Notes under the pieces: model-generated
Database searches by the model: none
Seen by the model: only the letters and a program-made list of their open reading frames with translations
What the model was told of the DNA's origin: nothing
Position numbers and translations under genes: made by a program
DNA from: an uncultured virus (IMG/VR IMGVR_UViG_3300035188_001031)
Taxonomy: Duplodnaviria; Heunggongvirae; Uroviricota; Caudoviricetes
IMG/VR virus record: IMGVR_UViG_3300035188_001031
Length of the DNA: 20,000 nucleotides
Strand: one strand, 5' to 3'
Shown here: positions 1 through 7,231 of the stretch, piece by piece
How positions within the stretch are numbered: position 1 is the first letter of the stretch
Layout: every line of letters starts with the position of its first letter

Positions 1-289
1 GATCAAAATAATTGCTGCCCAGATGCTCTGGCCTGATACTGCTCTTTGAGCCACGTCGATCTTTTTTGCCTTGCATCAAACACATCACATCCCCAAAGAA
101 AAGGGCGTGTCCACCCACGCCCTGTGCTTGTTTAAGGTGCTTTTTTAGTAAATCCCTATTACACTTTGGGTTATCAAGGTGAATATCAGATGCGAGTAAG
201 AACGTATGGGGTTCGGCTTTGCCATACGGGATTCGCACTTCCAGCAGCTCCGGGGAGCGGCGCTCAAGTCGCAAAAGCGGCTTAACCAT
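1..289 (-). CDS. Calcineurin-like metallophosphoesterase, N-terminal 96 aa; runs off the left edge; not in ORF track
   Basis: Manual translation from ATG at 289: MVKPLLRLERRSPELLEVRIPYGKAEPHTFLLASDIHLDNPKCNRDLLKKHLKQAQGVGGHALFFGDVMCLMQGKKDRRGSKSSIRPEHLGSNYFD. It has hydrophobic-strand + SDIH (DxH, motif I) and LFFGD (motif II) at typical spacing. Start could instead be TTG at 274. Confidence 0.75.
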   Translation of the reverse strand, partial: MVKPLLRLERRSPELLEVRIPYGKAEPHTFLLASDIHLDNPKCNRDLLKKHLKQAQGVGGHALFFGDVMCLMQGKKDRRGSKSSIRPEHLGSNYFD

Positions 290-342
290 AGAGCCTAGTG
301 GTTTGATACTGCATAAGGGCACCAGGCATTTAGGTAGTAGCC

Positions 343-600
343 TTAGATCACTACAGAATTTGAATTAAAAGCAAAACCATCAGCCCAGATGTTGTCCATC
401 TTTGCCTTTTGCTTTGGACGACCGCTCTTTGGTTTGTAGCTTAAAGCTGCGCCAGTTAGTCCTAACTCTTTATCCTTGTCCATCATGCGCTTGTAACCTC
501 CGTCCTTCATCTTCTTACTACCGCAGTAGCTACCACCATCTTCCATTTCGCACTCTCCCTCAGAAGGGGCCATCAAACGCTTTTTCGTGAGAGTTGCCAT
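343..600 (-). CDS. Small Lys/Met/Gly-rich hypothetical protein (85 aa)
   Basis: ORF track 343..699. I prefer ATG at 600 (CACCC-ATG context, candidate -10 TAGACT at 634-629): MATLTKKRLMAPSEGECEMEDGG...KMDNIWADGFAFNSNSVVI. Co-oriented with its neighbours. Confidence 0.6.
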   Translation of the reverse strand: MATLTKKRLMAPSEGECEMEDGGSYCGSKKMKDGGYKRMMDKDKELGLTGAALSYKPKSGRPKQKAKMDNIWADGFAFNSNSVVI

Positions 601-702
601 GGGTGGCAAAAAATCGTTGTATGTCCATAGTCTACCGATCTCGGAGGGATTGGATAATGGATCAGACAAAAGCTGTTGGTGTTGTCCCCTCAATGACACC
701 CT

Positions 703-918
703 TTACACATCATCGACTATATCCCGCGCCTTCACCCCGTATAAGTCACACAATTCAAGCAGCTTCAGCACGGATATTTCCACTTCCCCAGTTTCTAGGC
801 GACTATATGCCGCTTGACTGATGCTCATGTGTTCTGCTACGTCACTTTGTGTCATTCCAGCGTGTATCCGTAACGCCTTAATCCGCCTACAAATCGTCAA
901 CTGCCTGTAGATGGCCAT
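703..918 (-). CDS. XRE/Cro-C1 family helix-turn-helix transcriptional regulator
   Basis: RIKALRIHAGMTQSDVAEHMSISQAAYSRLETGEVEISVLKLLELCDLYGV is a canonical HTH_3 pattern. 71 aa, with no peptidase domain. Confidence 0.92.
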   Translation of the reverse strand: MAIYRQLTICRRIKALRIHAGMTQSDVAEHMSISQAAYSRLETGEVEISVLKLLELCDLYGVKARDIVDDV

Positions 919-942
919 GGGCTGCTATTCGCTTTCCGATTA

Positions 943-974
943 AGCCTACTCATTACAACTGAACCGAGTAAGCT
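943..974. promoter_or_regulatory. Back-to-back candidate promoters or operator (imperfect inverted repeat) between the HTH gene and the head operon
   Basis: AGCCTACTC (943-951) N14 GAGTAAGCT (966-974), 8/9 inverted match. Each arm contains a TAnnnT -10-like hexamer: TAGGCT on -, TAAGCT on +. Confidence 0.5.
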
Positions 975-979
975 GGCCC

Positions 980-2236
980 ATGGAAACATCTGTTTCTCGC
1001 TACGACTTCGCTCCTATAACTAAGAGCGAGACCACTCCTGAGGGCTACCTCCGGGTGTGGGGTCGTACGGCTCGTGTCGGAACCCAGTTGTATCGACGCG
1101 CAGATGGCAGCCAGGTTCGGGAATACCGCCCTCCAGAAGAGGTCAGTAACCCTGAATCACTTAGTACGTTCGGAATGACTCCCGTAACGTATGACCATCC
1201 CCCTTCTCTTCTTGATTCTACAAATACAAAGCTGTACCAGACTGGCTATTCCGGTAGCAAAGTCCATTACAGCAATGGCTTTGTAGAAGTCTGCCTCACA
1301 ATTACAGACGCAGACTCTATCGAGAAGATTAACAGAGGCGATGCCACCGAACTATCTGCTGGATACAAAGTCGATTACGACCCCACCCCCGGTGTAACTC
1401 CCGAGGGCGAGGCCTATGACGGCATCCAACGGAACATTCGGGTTAACCACATCGCTGTCGTCCCCCGAGGACGAGCAGGCCCTGAAGTTCGCCTGCTCCT
1501 AGACCGCATGGATGCTGCTGATGCAGTCGCCATCGATCCTGATTTCCCCCTCGTTCGTCCAGTCCAGTCCCCTACAAACCCATCTCCTCGTATGGCCACT
1601 GTCAAACTTGACGGCTTGGAGATCGAACTGCCCAGTGATGCAGCGACCGCTGTCCAGTCCTATGTACGGGATCTGGAGCGCCGTGTTGATGCCGCTAAGG
1701 CAACTGAAACCGAGTTGCGCACCGCACTCGATTCAGCCCAATCCGATCTTAAAGCCTCATCCCAAGAAAAAGCTGACGCCGAACGGCGTGCTGATGCTCT
1801 TAAAGAGCGAGTTGATGAGCTGGAATCCGCAACCGGAGCCCGTCTCGACACAGCGCAGATTGACCAACTGGTTCAGAAGCGCCTGACCACCCTCAAACAC
1901 CTTGCTCCGGCCTTTGCCGACGATTTCCACTTCGATGGGATCGACGACGCAGAGCTCTACAGCCAGGCTTTTACCAACCTCACCGGTAACAAACCCCCCG
2001 AGGACGCGAACCCTAGTTACATCCAAGGCGCTGTGGACGGCATCCTCGCCCATCGCGACTCGGAAGATCCCGAGGACACCGAAGAGGACGAATCCCCTGA
2101 AGAGGACCGCGCTGACAGTTCTGTTGTTCTGCAACAGGCTCTCAGAGGTGCTGGTAACTCCTCGCGCAATCCAATTGCGCAATACCATGCCGACCAACAG
2201 AACGCATGGAAAAAACCGCTCACTGCCACTAAGTAA
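980..2236 (+). CDS. DUF2213-family prohead protease with C-terminal scaffold region
   Basis: Motifs TPEGYL, ARVGTQLY, YRPPEEV, PVTYDHP, ELSAGY, QRNIRVNHIAVVPRGRAG, followed by a coiled-coil/acidic tail. Lies upstream of the decoration and capsid genes. Confidence 0.9.
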   Translation: METSVSRYDFAPITKSETTPEGYLRVWGRTARVGTQLYRRADGSQVREYRPPEEVSNPESLSTFGMTPVTYDHPPSLLDSTNTKLYQTGYSGSKVHYSNGFVEVCLTITDADSIEKINRGDATELSAGYKVDYDPTPGVTPEGEAYDGIQRNIRVNHIAVVPRGRAGPEVRLLLDRMDAADAVAIDPDFPLVRPVQSPTNPSPRMATVKLDGLEIELPSDAATAVQSYVRDLERRVDAAKATETELRTALDSAQSDLKASSQEKADAERRADALKERVDELESATGARLDTAQIDQLVQKRLTTLKHLAPAFADDFHFDGIDDAELYSQAFTNLTGNKPPEDANPSYIQGAVDGILAHRDSEDPEDTEEDESPEEDRADSSVVLQQALRGAGNSSRNPIAQYHADQQNAWKKPLTATK

Positions 2237-2860
2237 ATGGCTGTTACCTTCACCGCTACCACTGTAGCCAATCCCATCGGAGCTCAGGGAAATTACCCCC
2301 TGACTCAGGATGCAGCTCACGAGGGCATGATTGCTGATCAGCAAGCCTATGTCTCCCGTAGCTACATCAACCAGTCCGGCGCGGCACTGCCTTTTGGGGC
2401 ACTGCTGAGGATCGACAACACCCCGACGACCAATGTCGCATTGGCAGTCGAGATCGCTGCAGGAGCTACCAACATCGTTGGTCTTGCCGTGAGCTCCATG
2501 ACCATGGAGGGTGTTGGGGGCTCCCAGTCCTACATCCCCAATCCCACTCCTATCTTCTCGGACGGCCGCCTCGGCTATCCCGACAAGGAGACGGTGAATG
2601 TCCTTTCCAAGGGCGTCGTCTGGGTCTACGTCACTGAGGCCGTGGCTCTCGGTGATGACGTGCGCTTCTGGAATGCCGCTAACACCACCGGTGGTAGTGC
2701 TGTTGCAGGTTCGTTCCTTGGACGTTTCGCCAAAACGGCCGTGGCCAATAAGACCACGCGCATCACGGGTGCCCGCTGGCTCTCTGAGACCTCGGCAGCC
2801 GGTCTGGTTCTTCTGGAACTGGACATCCCCGCTTCCACTTTCACCGCTGACGTGCCATGA
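2237..2860 (+). CDS. Head decoration/cement protein
   Basis: Ala/Gly/Thr-rich 207 aa with ALPFG, VNVLSKGVVWV and GARW motifs. Sits between DUF2213 and the capsid gene, with an ATGA overlap into the MCP. Confidence 0.75.
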   Translation: MAVTFTATTVANPIGAQGNYPLTQDAAHEGMIADQQAYVSRSYINQSGAALPFGALLRIDNTPTTNVALAVEIAAGATNIVGLAVSSMTMEGVGGSQSYIPNPTPIFSDGRLGYPDKETVNVLSKGVVWVYVTEAVALGDDVRFWNAANTTGGSAVAGSFLGRFAKTAVANKTTRITGARWLSETSAAGLVLLELDIPASTFTADVP

Positions 2861-3771
2861 CCAGAGACATCCGTAACGATGCTGATGTCGGTATCTTTCT
2901 TGCTCGCGAGCTGGAGCAGATCCTTACTCGCACTTTCGAGCAACAGTATGCTGACATCAAGTATTCCACTGTTGTACCTATTTCTACTGAAGTAGGTCCC
3001 GGTGCCAACTCCTACACCTATCGGGTGTTCGACAAGATCGGCAGTATGAAGATGATCGCTGACAAAGCGCAGGATCTTCCCCGCTCCGATGTGCTCCGCA
3101 AGGAAGTCACCCACCCGGTGCGTTCCTTCGGCGCCTCGTTCGCCTACACCGTTCAGGAAACCCGGGCCGCCTCCATGGTCCCCGGCATGAACCTGGAGCA
3201 GCGTCGGGCCAATGCCGTCAGGCGGGCCTATGAGGAGACCATGCAGTCCCTCGCCTTTTTCGGAGATACCGGAAGTGGTATGAAGGGCTTCTTGAACAAC
3301 GATCAGATCGATAAGCTTGTTCCTAACAAGTGGTTCGATACTGCATCTACGGACGAGATGCTGCAACTGCTGAACGAAGGTCCCACTCGCCTGGTTCAGA
3401 ACAGCAACATGAAGGAAAGCCCCAACACCATGTTGGTGCCCTACGACGTGTACCGCATCATCTCCACCACCCCGAGATCGACCACCAGCGACACTACGGT
3501 TCTGGAGTTCTTCCTCCGCACCAATCCGATCATCCGTGCCATTGAACCCATCAATGAGCTCGAAGCATCGAAATCCGGTGGTCGCCTGTCCAAGGACCGC
3601 ATCGTCATCTACGACCGGAGCCCAGACAAGCTCCAGTTCCATATCACTCAACCCCTGGAGTTCTTCCCTCCGGAGCGCCGTGGTCTGGAATTCTCCGTTG
3701 CTGCACACGCTCGCTGCGGCGGCCTCGCTTGGTACTACCCCAAGAGCGGCCTTGTCATGGAGAAAGCGTAG
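2857..3771 (+). CDS. Major capsid protein, DUF2184 family (HK97 fold)
   Basis: GIFLARELEQI, GPGANSYTY, AQDLPR, LAFFGD...GFLNN, ARCGG..YYP motifs; 304 aa; strongly biased C-ending codons. Confidence 0.92.
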   Translation: MTRDIRNDADVGIFLARELEQILTRTFEQQYADIKYSTVVPISTEVGPGANSYTYRVFDKIGSMKMIADKAQDLPRSDVLRKEVTHPVRSFGASFAYTVQETRAASMVPGMNLEQRRANAVRRAYEETMQSLAFFGDTGSGMKGFLNNDQIDKLVPNKWFDTASTDEMLQLLNEGPTRLVQNSNMKESPNTMLVPYDVYRIISTTPRSTTSDTTVLEFFLRTNPIIRAIEPINELEASKSGGRLSKDRIVIYDRSPDKLQFHITQPLEFFPPERRGLEFSVAAHARCGGLAWYYPKSGLVMEKA

Positions 3772-3818
3772 CCTTTTCTGACCTATTCTGAACAGGTTGC
3801 TAACCCAACCCATCCATC

Positions 3819-4235
3819 ATGATCCTCGTTTACCGTCCCGAGCTGCTCAATCCTCCAATGGACAAGGAGGCCTTTTGGGGCTTCTCTTTCCTGCAGAAGG
3901 AGGGTCTTCCTGATTACTTCTGCCTCTCGGCGGGTGTTAATCGTGATGTTCCAGAGACAGTTTGGGCTGCAATCCAAGACTACGCAGAGGTTAAAACCGC
4001 TCTTCAAATCGGTGCTTTACGCATTGAAACCACAGAGTCCACTGTCGTAGAAGAACAAGTCGAACCTGAAGCTAGCGATTCTCTCGCTGCTTTCCCTCTT
4101 GAAACCGCTCTGCGGTTGATTGAAGACAGCTTCGATCTTGAACAGCTCTCTAAATGGGACGCTAAGGATCAGCGGATCAAGGTCAAAAACGCGATCGCAA
4201 GACGCAAGACAGCTATTACCTCTGGTAACGGCTAG
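3819..4235 (+). CDS. Hypothetical phage protein downstream of the MCP
   Basis: 138 aa ORF with a helical C-terminus (ALRLIEDSFDLEQLSKWDAKDQRIKVKNAIARR). Its stop overlaps the next GTG. Confidence 0.75.
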   Translation: MILVYRPELLNPPMDKEAFWGFSFLQKEGLPDYFCLSAGVNRDVPETVWAAIQDYAEVKTALQIGALRIETTESTVVEEQVEPEASDSLAAFPLETALRLIEDSFDLEQLSKWDAKDQRIKVKNAIARRKTAITSGNG

Positions 4236-4543
4236 TGGCAATTCCTTCTACTGAATCCTTCCTAACCCGTTTCCCCGAGTTCGGAGAGCAGTCGGAGGAC
4301 ATTGTCGAAGGGGCTATCGCAGAAGCGGGTCGTGCTGCTTCTCCTGTCGTGTGGGGCTCCCTCCACACAGACGGTGTCACCTATCTTGCCGCCCATCTCT
4401 TGGCCACCCGCATCGCTCAGATCGGTCTGCAGATTGAGGCTCGCTCTGGTGCCCCCACGGGCAACCTGATCGAATCGACTCTCTATGGCCAAGAGTACAA
4501 ACGACTTCTTGACTCACTCGCTATTTGTGGTTTCAGTCTCTAG
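4235..4543 (+). CDS. DUF4054-type head-tail adaptor
   Basis: FLTRFPEF, YLAAHLL and STLYGQEYKRL motifs; position after the MCP. Confidence 0.82.
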   Translation: MAIPSTESFLTRFPEFGEQSEDIVEGAIAEAGRAASPVVWGSLHTDGVTYLAAHLLATRIAQIGLQIEARSGAPTGNLIESTLYGQEYKRLLDSLAICGFSL

Positions 4544-4545
4544 TC

Positions 4546-4947
4546 ATGCCTATCGCTACTGCGATTATTGCTGATTACGCCCCTTGGGGTAATGCTGAAC
4601 TGGCGTTTGAGGTGCCCGCAGACAGGCTGGGCTCTGTAGATCCTACTACAGGAAACTTCACTCAAGATCTCGTAACTGTCGAATATCTCGCTGCTATCAA
4701 GCTCCAGGTCCCATCTTGGAAAGCGGATAGCGGTGTAGATACCACAGTTTATTCGTGCTCGGGGCGCTTATTGCACCCCACCAAGCTAGATCCACGCATT
4801 ACCAATGGCTCCCAAGCCTTTGCAACGATCAATGGCTACCGAGGACGTTTTGAACTGGTTTTTGATCTCGCGATGGATGCCTACCATCGCGCAACACTTC
4901 GACAGTCCATCGGCGGCATCTTCCGAGTTGTAGGAGGCCCAGCGTAA
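4546..4947 (+). CDS. Putative head closure (stopper) protein
   Basis: ATG at 4546 directly after the previous stop (track begins at 4525). Beta-rich 133 aa; function inferred from gene order only. Confidence 0.55.
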   Translation: MPIATAIIADYAPWGNAELAFEVPADRLGSVDPTTGNFTQDLVTVEYLAAIKLQVPSWKADSGVDTTVYSCSGRLLHPTKLDPRITNGSQAFATINGYRGRFELVFDLAMDAYHRATLRQSIGGIFRVVGGPA

Positions 4948-5321
4948 TGCCACGGCCACAACGAGATTTTGAACGAGCTCTTCAAGCTGCTAAGGCCAAA
5001 GCAATGCGGCAATTAGCGGTATATCTCGAAGCTAGTTTCACTGATGAAATTTCAGCAGTGAAGTGGGGCTGGCCTAATCCTCCAACTCAGCGGGACATCG
5101 TGGACACAGGTCGTCTCCGGGCCAGCTTGACCCGTGAGATCAACGCAGATGACTCCGTCACTTTTACCTGGGCTACCGAGTACGCCTCCCATGTCCATGA
5201 GGGGTATGTCGCCACCAATGGTCAACGCTACCCAGCTAGGCCCTGGACACGAGAGCCACTCAAGGAGGTCCCAACAAAGTTCGGTGTGTTCCTCCGTGCT
5301 GCTCTGGAGCGCTCGTCATGA
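4947..5321 (+). CDS. Neck/tail completion protein, HK97 gp10-like
   Basis: RDIVDTGRLRASL, YASHVHEG and YPARPW motifs; TAATG coupling. Confidence 0.8.
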   Translation: MPRPQRDFERALQAAKAKAMRQLAVYLEASFTDEISAVKWGWPNPPTQRDIVDTGRLRASLTREINADDSVTFTWATEYASHVHEGYVATNGQRYPARPWTREPLKEVPTKFGVFLRAALERSS

Positions 5322-5791
5322 CGATCTCCACCGCCTGCCCCAGCCCCCGCGACCTGCGCCGCACTCTTGAGCGCTACATCCTCGACATCTACGAGGCTGA
5401 CGGCTCCACCCTCAAGAGCGAGTTGCACTGGCCAGGTGTCTACACCCTGCCCAATGGCTCTCGAACTCCTGCGGTCTATGTCATCGGCTCTTCCACAGTG
5501 CCTTCCAGCTGGAACATCACCGGCATCGAATGCACCATCGAGGAAGTCCCCGAGGTCCGATCTCCAGGTTCGATGAGCGGCGTTTTGTCTTTCGAGACTT
5601 GGGACGTCCGCTTCACGAACTACGGCAAGAAGGAGGGCACCCAAATGCCCCTTTCTATGCGAGACATCGTCCGCCGATTGGTGCGGACTTTCCCCCGGGC
5701 TTCAATTGTGCCAATGCGTCGTACTGAGGCAACTTTTGAAGCTGTCACGGCTCGTATCACCGAGCCATCCATCCATCCCCCCATCCCCTAG
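5318..5791 (+). CDS. Putative tail terminator protein
   Basis: 157 aa with ATGA coupling, immediately before the tail tube gene; function inferred from gene order. Confidence 0.55.
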   Translation: MTISTACPSPRDLRRTLERYILDIYEADGSTLKSELHWPGVYTLPNGSRTPAVYVIGSSTVPSSWNITGIECTIEEVPEVRSPGSMSGVLSFETWDVRFTNYGKKEGTQMPLSMRDIVRRLVRTFPRASIVPMRRTEATFEAVTARITEPSIHPPIP

Positions 5792-5802
5792 GAGAACCTA
5801 CC

Positions 5803-6417
5803 ATGGCCGATTATGCAATCGGACTTGCTTTCCACAAAGCCCACCGCACGCTAGTTCGTGCTGTAGGTCTTAAAGCCCCTTGTCGCTATTACGCTACACG
5901 TAATAGTACCACTGGTTTGATCACCCTGCCCACATTGGACGCGGGTGATGCTTATGTCACCATTCAAGGTGTGACACAAACCTCGTTCCAAATCAACGAC
6001 ACCAATCAAGACTTCCGTCTGCTTGGTGATGACGGCTGGGGCGATAGCGTGATCACTGGATCTAGCGTGCAAGCCAGTGTTACGACTTACTTCCTACGGG
6101 ACACTGATGTTCCTACTGGGGGTACAGGTACTTGTCCCCAATTTGTCGGTGATTACGAAGAGGGCTTTGAGCTGTTCCAACGCGCCCGTTACGACAAGAA
6201 CTTCGAGGTTTACTTCGAGTTCCTGAAAGAAATGGGTCAGGCTACCGGCACTACAGGGGCTTACATCTACGACTTTACAGGATTCAACGCTGTTGTCTCC
6301 AATTACCAAGAGCAGATGTCAGCCGAAGGCCTGACCGAGATCTCCTTGGATCTTATGTCCCGGGGTCGTCCTGTGTTCGGCAAGTACAGCAACACCACTG
6401 CGCTCAGCTTCGCCTGA
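5803..6417 (+). CDS. Major tail (tube) protein
   Basis: 204 aa, beta-rich, LLGDDGWGDSVITG motif. AGGAGA RBS at 5790-5795; followed by a terminator, then chaperone and TMP. Confidence 0.8.
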   Translation: MADYAIGLAFHKAHRTLVRAVGLKAPCRYYATRNSTTGLITLPTLDAGDAYVTIQGVTQTSFQINDTNQDFRLLGDDGWGDSVITGSSVQASVTTYFLRDTDVPTGGTGTCPQFVGDYEEGFELFQRARYDKNFEVYFEFLKEMGQATGTTGAYIYDFTGFNAVVSNYQEQMSAEGLTEISLDLMSRGRPVFGKYSNTTALSFA

Positions 6418-6439
6418 TTGCGGCTGCCATCACACTCAC

Positions 6440-6467
6440 AGGGCCCCGTTCTCGGGGCCTTTTTCTT
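6440..6467 (+). terminator. Rho-independent terminator after the tail tube gene
   Basis: GGCCCCG-TTCT-CGGGGCC hairpin followed by TTTTTCTT. Confidence 0.85.
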
Positions 6468-6471
6468 CGGC

Positions 6472-6705
6472 ATGAACTATCCACTCTTGAGTGATCCGGA
6501 AAGCACAGTCTTTGCGGTGAATTGTCGAGTCGAGGGCTCCACGCTCCACTGTGGTGCCCTCTATCTCGAACCCCTCATCCGTCACCAGTCTATACGCTTA
6601 GCGGATGAACGCGCTACATTGTCAGTGAATCTCCCACCAGAACTGCTCAACCAATCGACCCCATGTCGGGCCTGGGACGTTGAGCTCCCTACAAGCCATG
6701 AGTAA
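6472..6705 (+). CDS. Hypothetical protein (77 aa)
   Basis: ATG at 6472 (the track's 6418 start runs through the terminator): MNYPLLSDPESTVFAVNC... Its end overlaps the chaperone ATG at 6698. Confidence 0.6.
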   Translation: MNYPLLSDPESTVFAVNCRVEGSTLHCGALYLEPLIRHQSIRLADERATLSVNLPPELLNQSTPCRAWDVELPTSHE

Positions 6706-7231
6706 GTACGGCAGCCTCCTATTTCCCGCGCCTACCGAGTTCCACGAGATCGGACCCTTTCGGTTACCAATTCACAAAGAGCTCCGTCCTGGTGAAATTA
6801 TTGGGATTGAAAAGATTGATAAACAGCAGAGCAAGGCAACACTTGCTCAAATGAAGTTGGTTCGTCGAATTTCTAAAGATAAGGACATCGCACCGAAGGA
6901 AGCACAGGATCTCCTGTCCAATCTGTCGGAGGATGCAAACGGCGATCTCCTGTACGACTACGTCGAGGAGTTCAGTGAAGTCCAGAGTGCCGGCATCTCT
7001 TTCACACAAACGCAGATCGCTTATGTGACTCTGCTAATGCAGTACAGAGGGCAAACCAAAATGCCCAAATCTCGTGAGTGGATCCAAACCCGGGACTGGA
7101 CCCAAGAAGACACCGAAGACTTGCCTTCTGAAATCCGCAAGAGCCTTTATCAGTTCCTTCTTTGGGAGCGCGACGGTTGGCCTGAACCCGAGGGAAAGCC
7201 AGAAGAGGCGGAAGCAGCGCTCGCGAGCTGA
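6698..7231 (+). CDS. Tail assembly chaperone, lambda gpG analogue (177 aa)
   Basis: Located between tail tube and TMP; ends ...DGWPEPEGKPEEAEAALAS with a slippery site at the Gly-Lys codons. Confidence 0.8.
   Translation: MSKYGSLLFPAPTEFHEIGPFRLPIHKELRPGEIIGIEKIDKQQSKATLAQMKLVRRISKDKDIAPKEAQDLLSNLSEDANGDLLYDYVEEFSEVQSAGISFTQTQIAYVTLLMQYRGQTKMPKSREWIQTRDWTQEDTEDLPSEIRKSLYQFLLWERDGWPEPEGKPEEAEAALAS
7192..7198 (+). promoter_or_regulatory. Programmed -1 ribosomal frameshift site G GGA AAG
   Basis: Same heptamer and codon phase as lambda G/T. The -1 frame is open from here to the stop at 7680. Confidence 0.88.

Noticed and set aside
102..123. AGGGCGTG-TCCACC-CACGCCCT hairpin followed by T-rich sequence on the minus strand
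   Set aside because: Lies inside the metallophosphoesterase coding frame. It could be an internal attenuator, but there is no independent support.
1414..2344. Several alternative-frame and antisense ORFs within DUF2213
   Set aside because: Fully overlap a well-supported gene and have non-protein-like composition.
2857..3771. Encapsulin interpretation of the DUF2184 shell protein
   Set aside because: It is embedded in a complete head-neck-tail operon, so it is a phage capsid.
2626..3813. 395-aa antisense ORF over the capsid gene
   Set aside because: Shadow ORF expected from the strong codon bias of the MCP; no recognisable motifs.
4191..4198. HIP1 octamer GCGATCGC
   Set aside because: Only one copy noticed, so there is no sign of enrichment.
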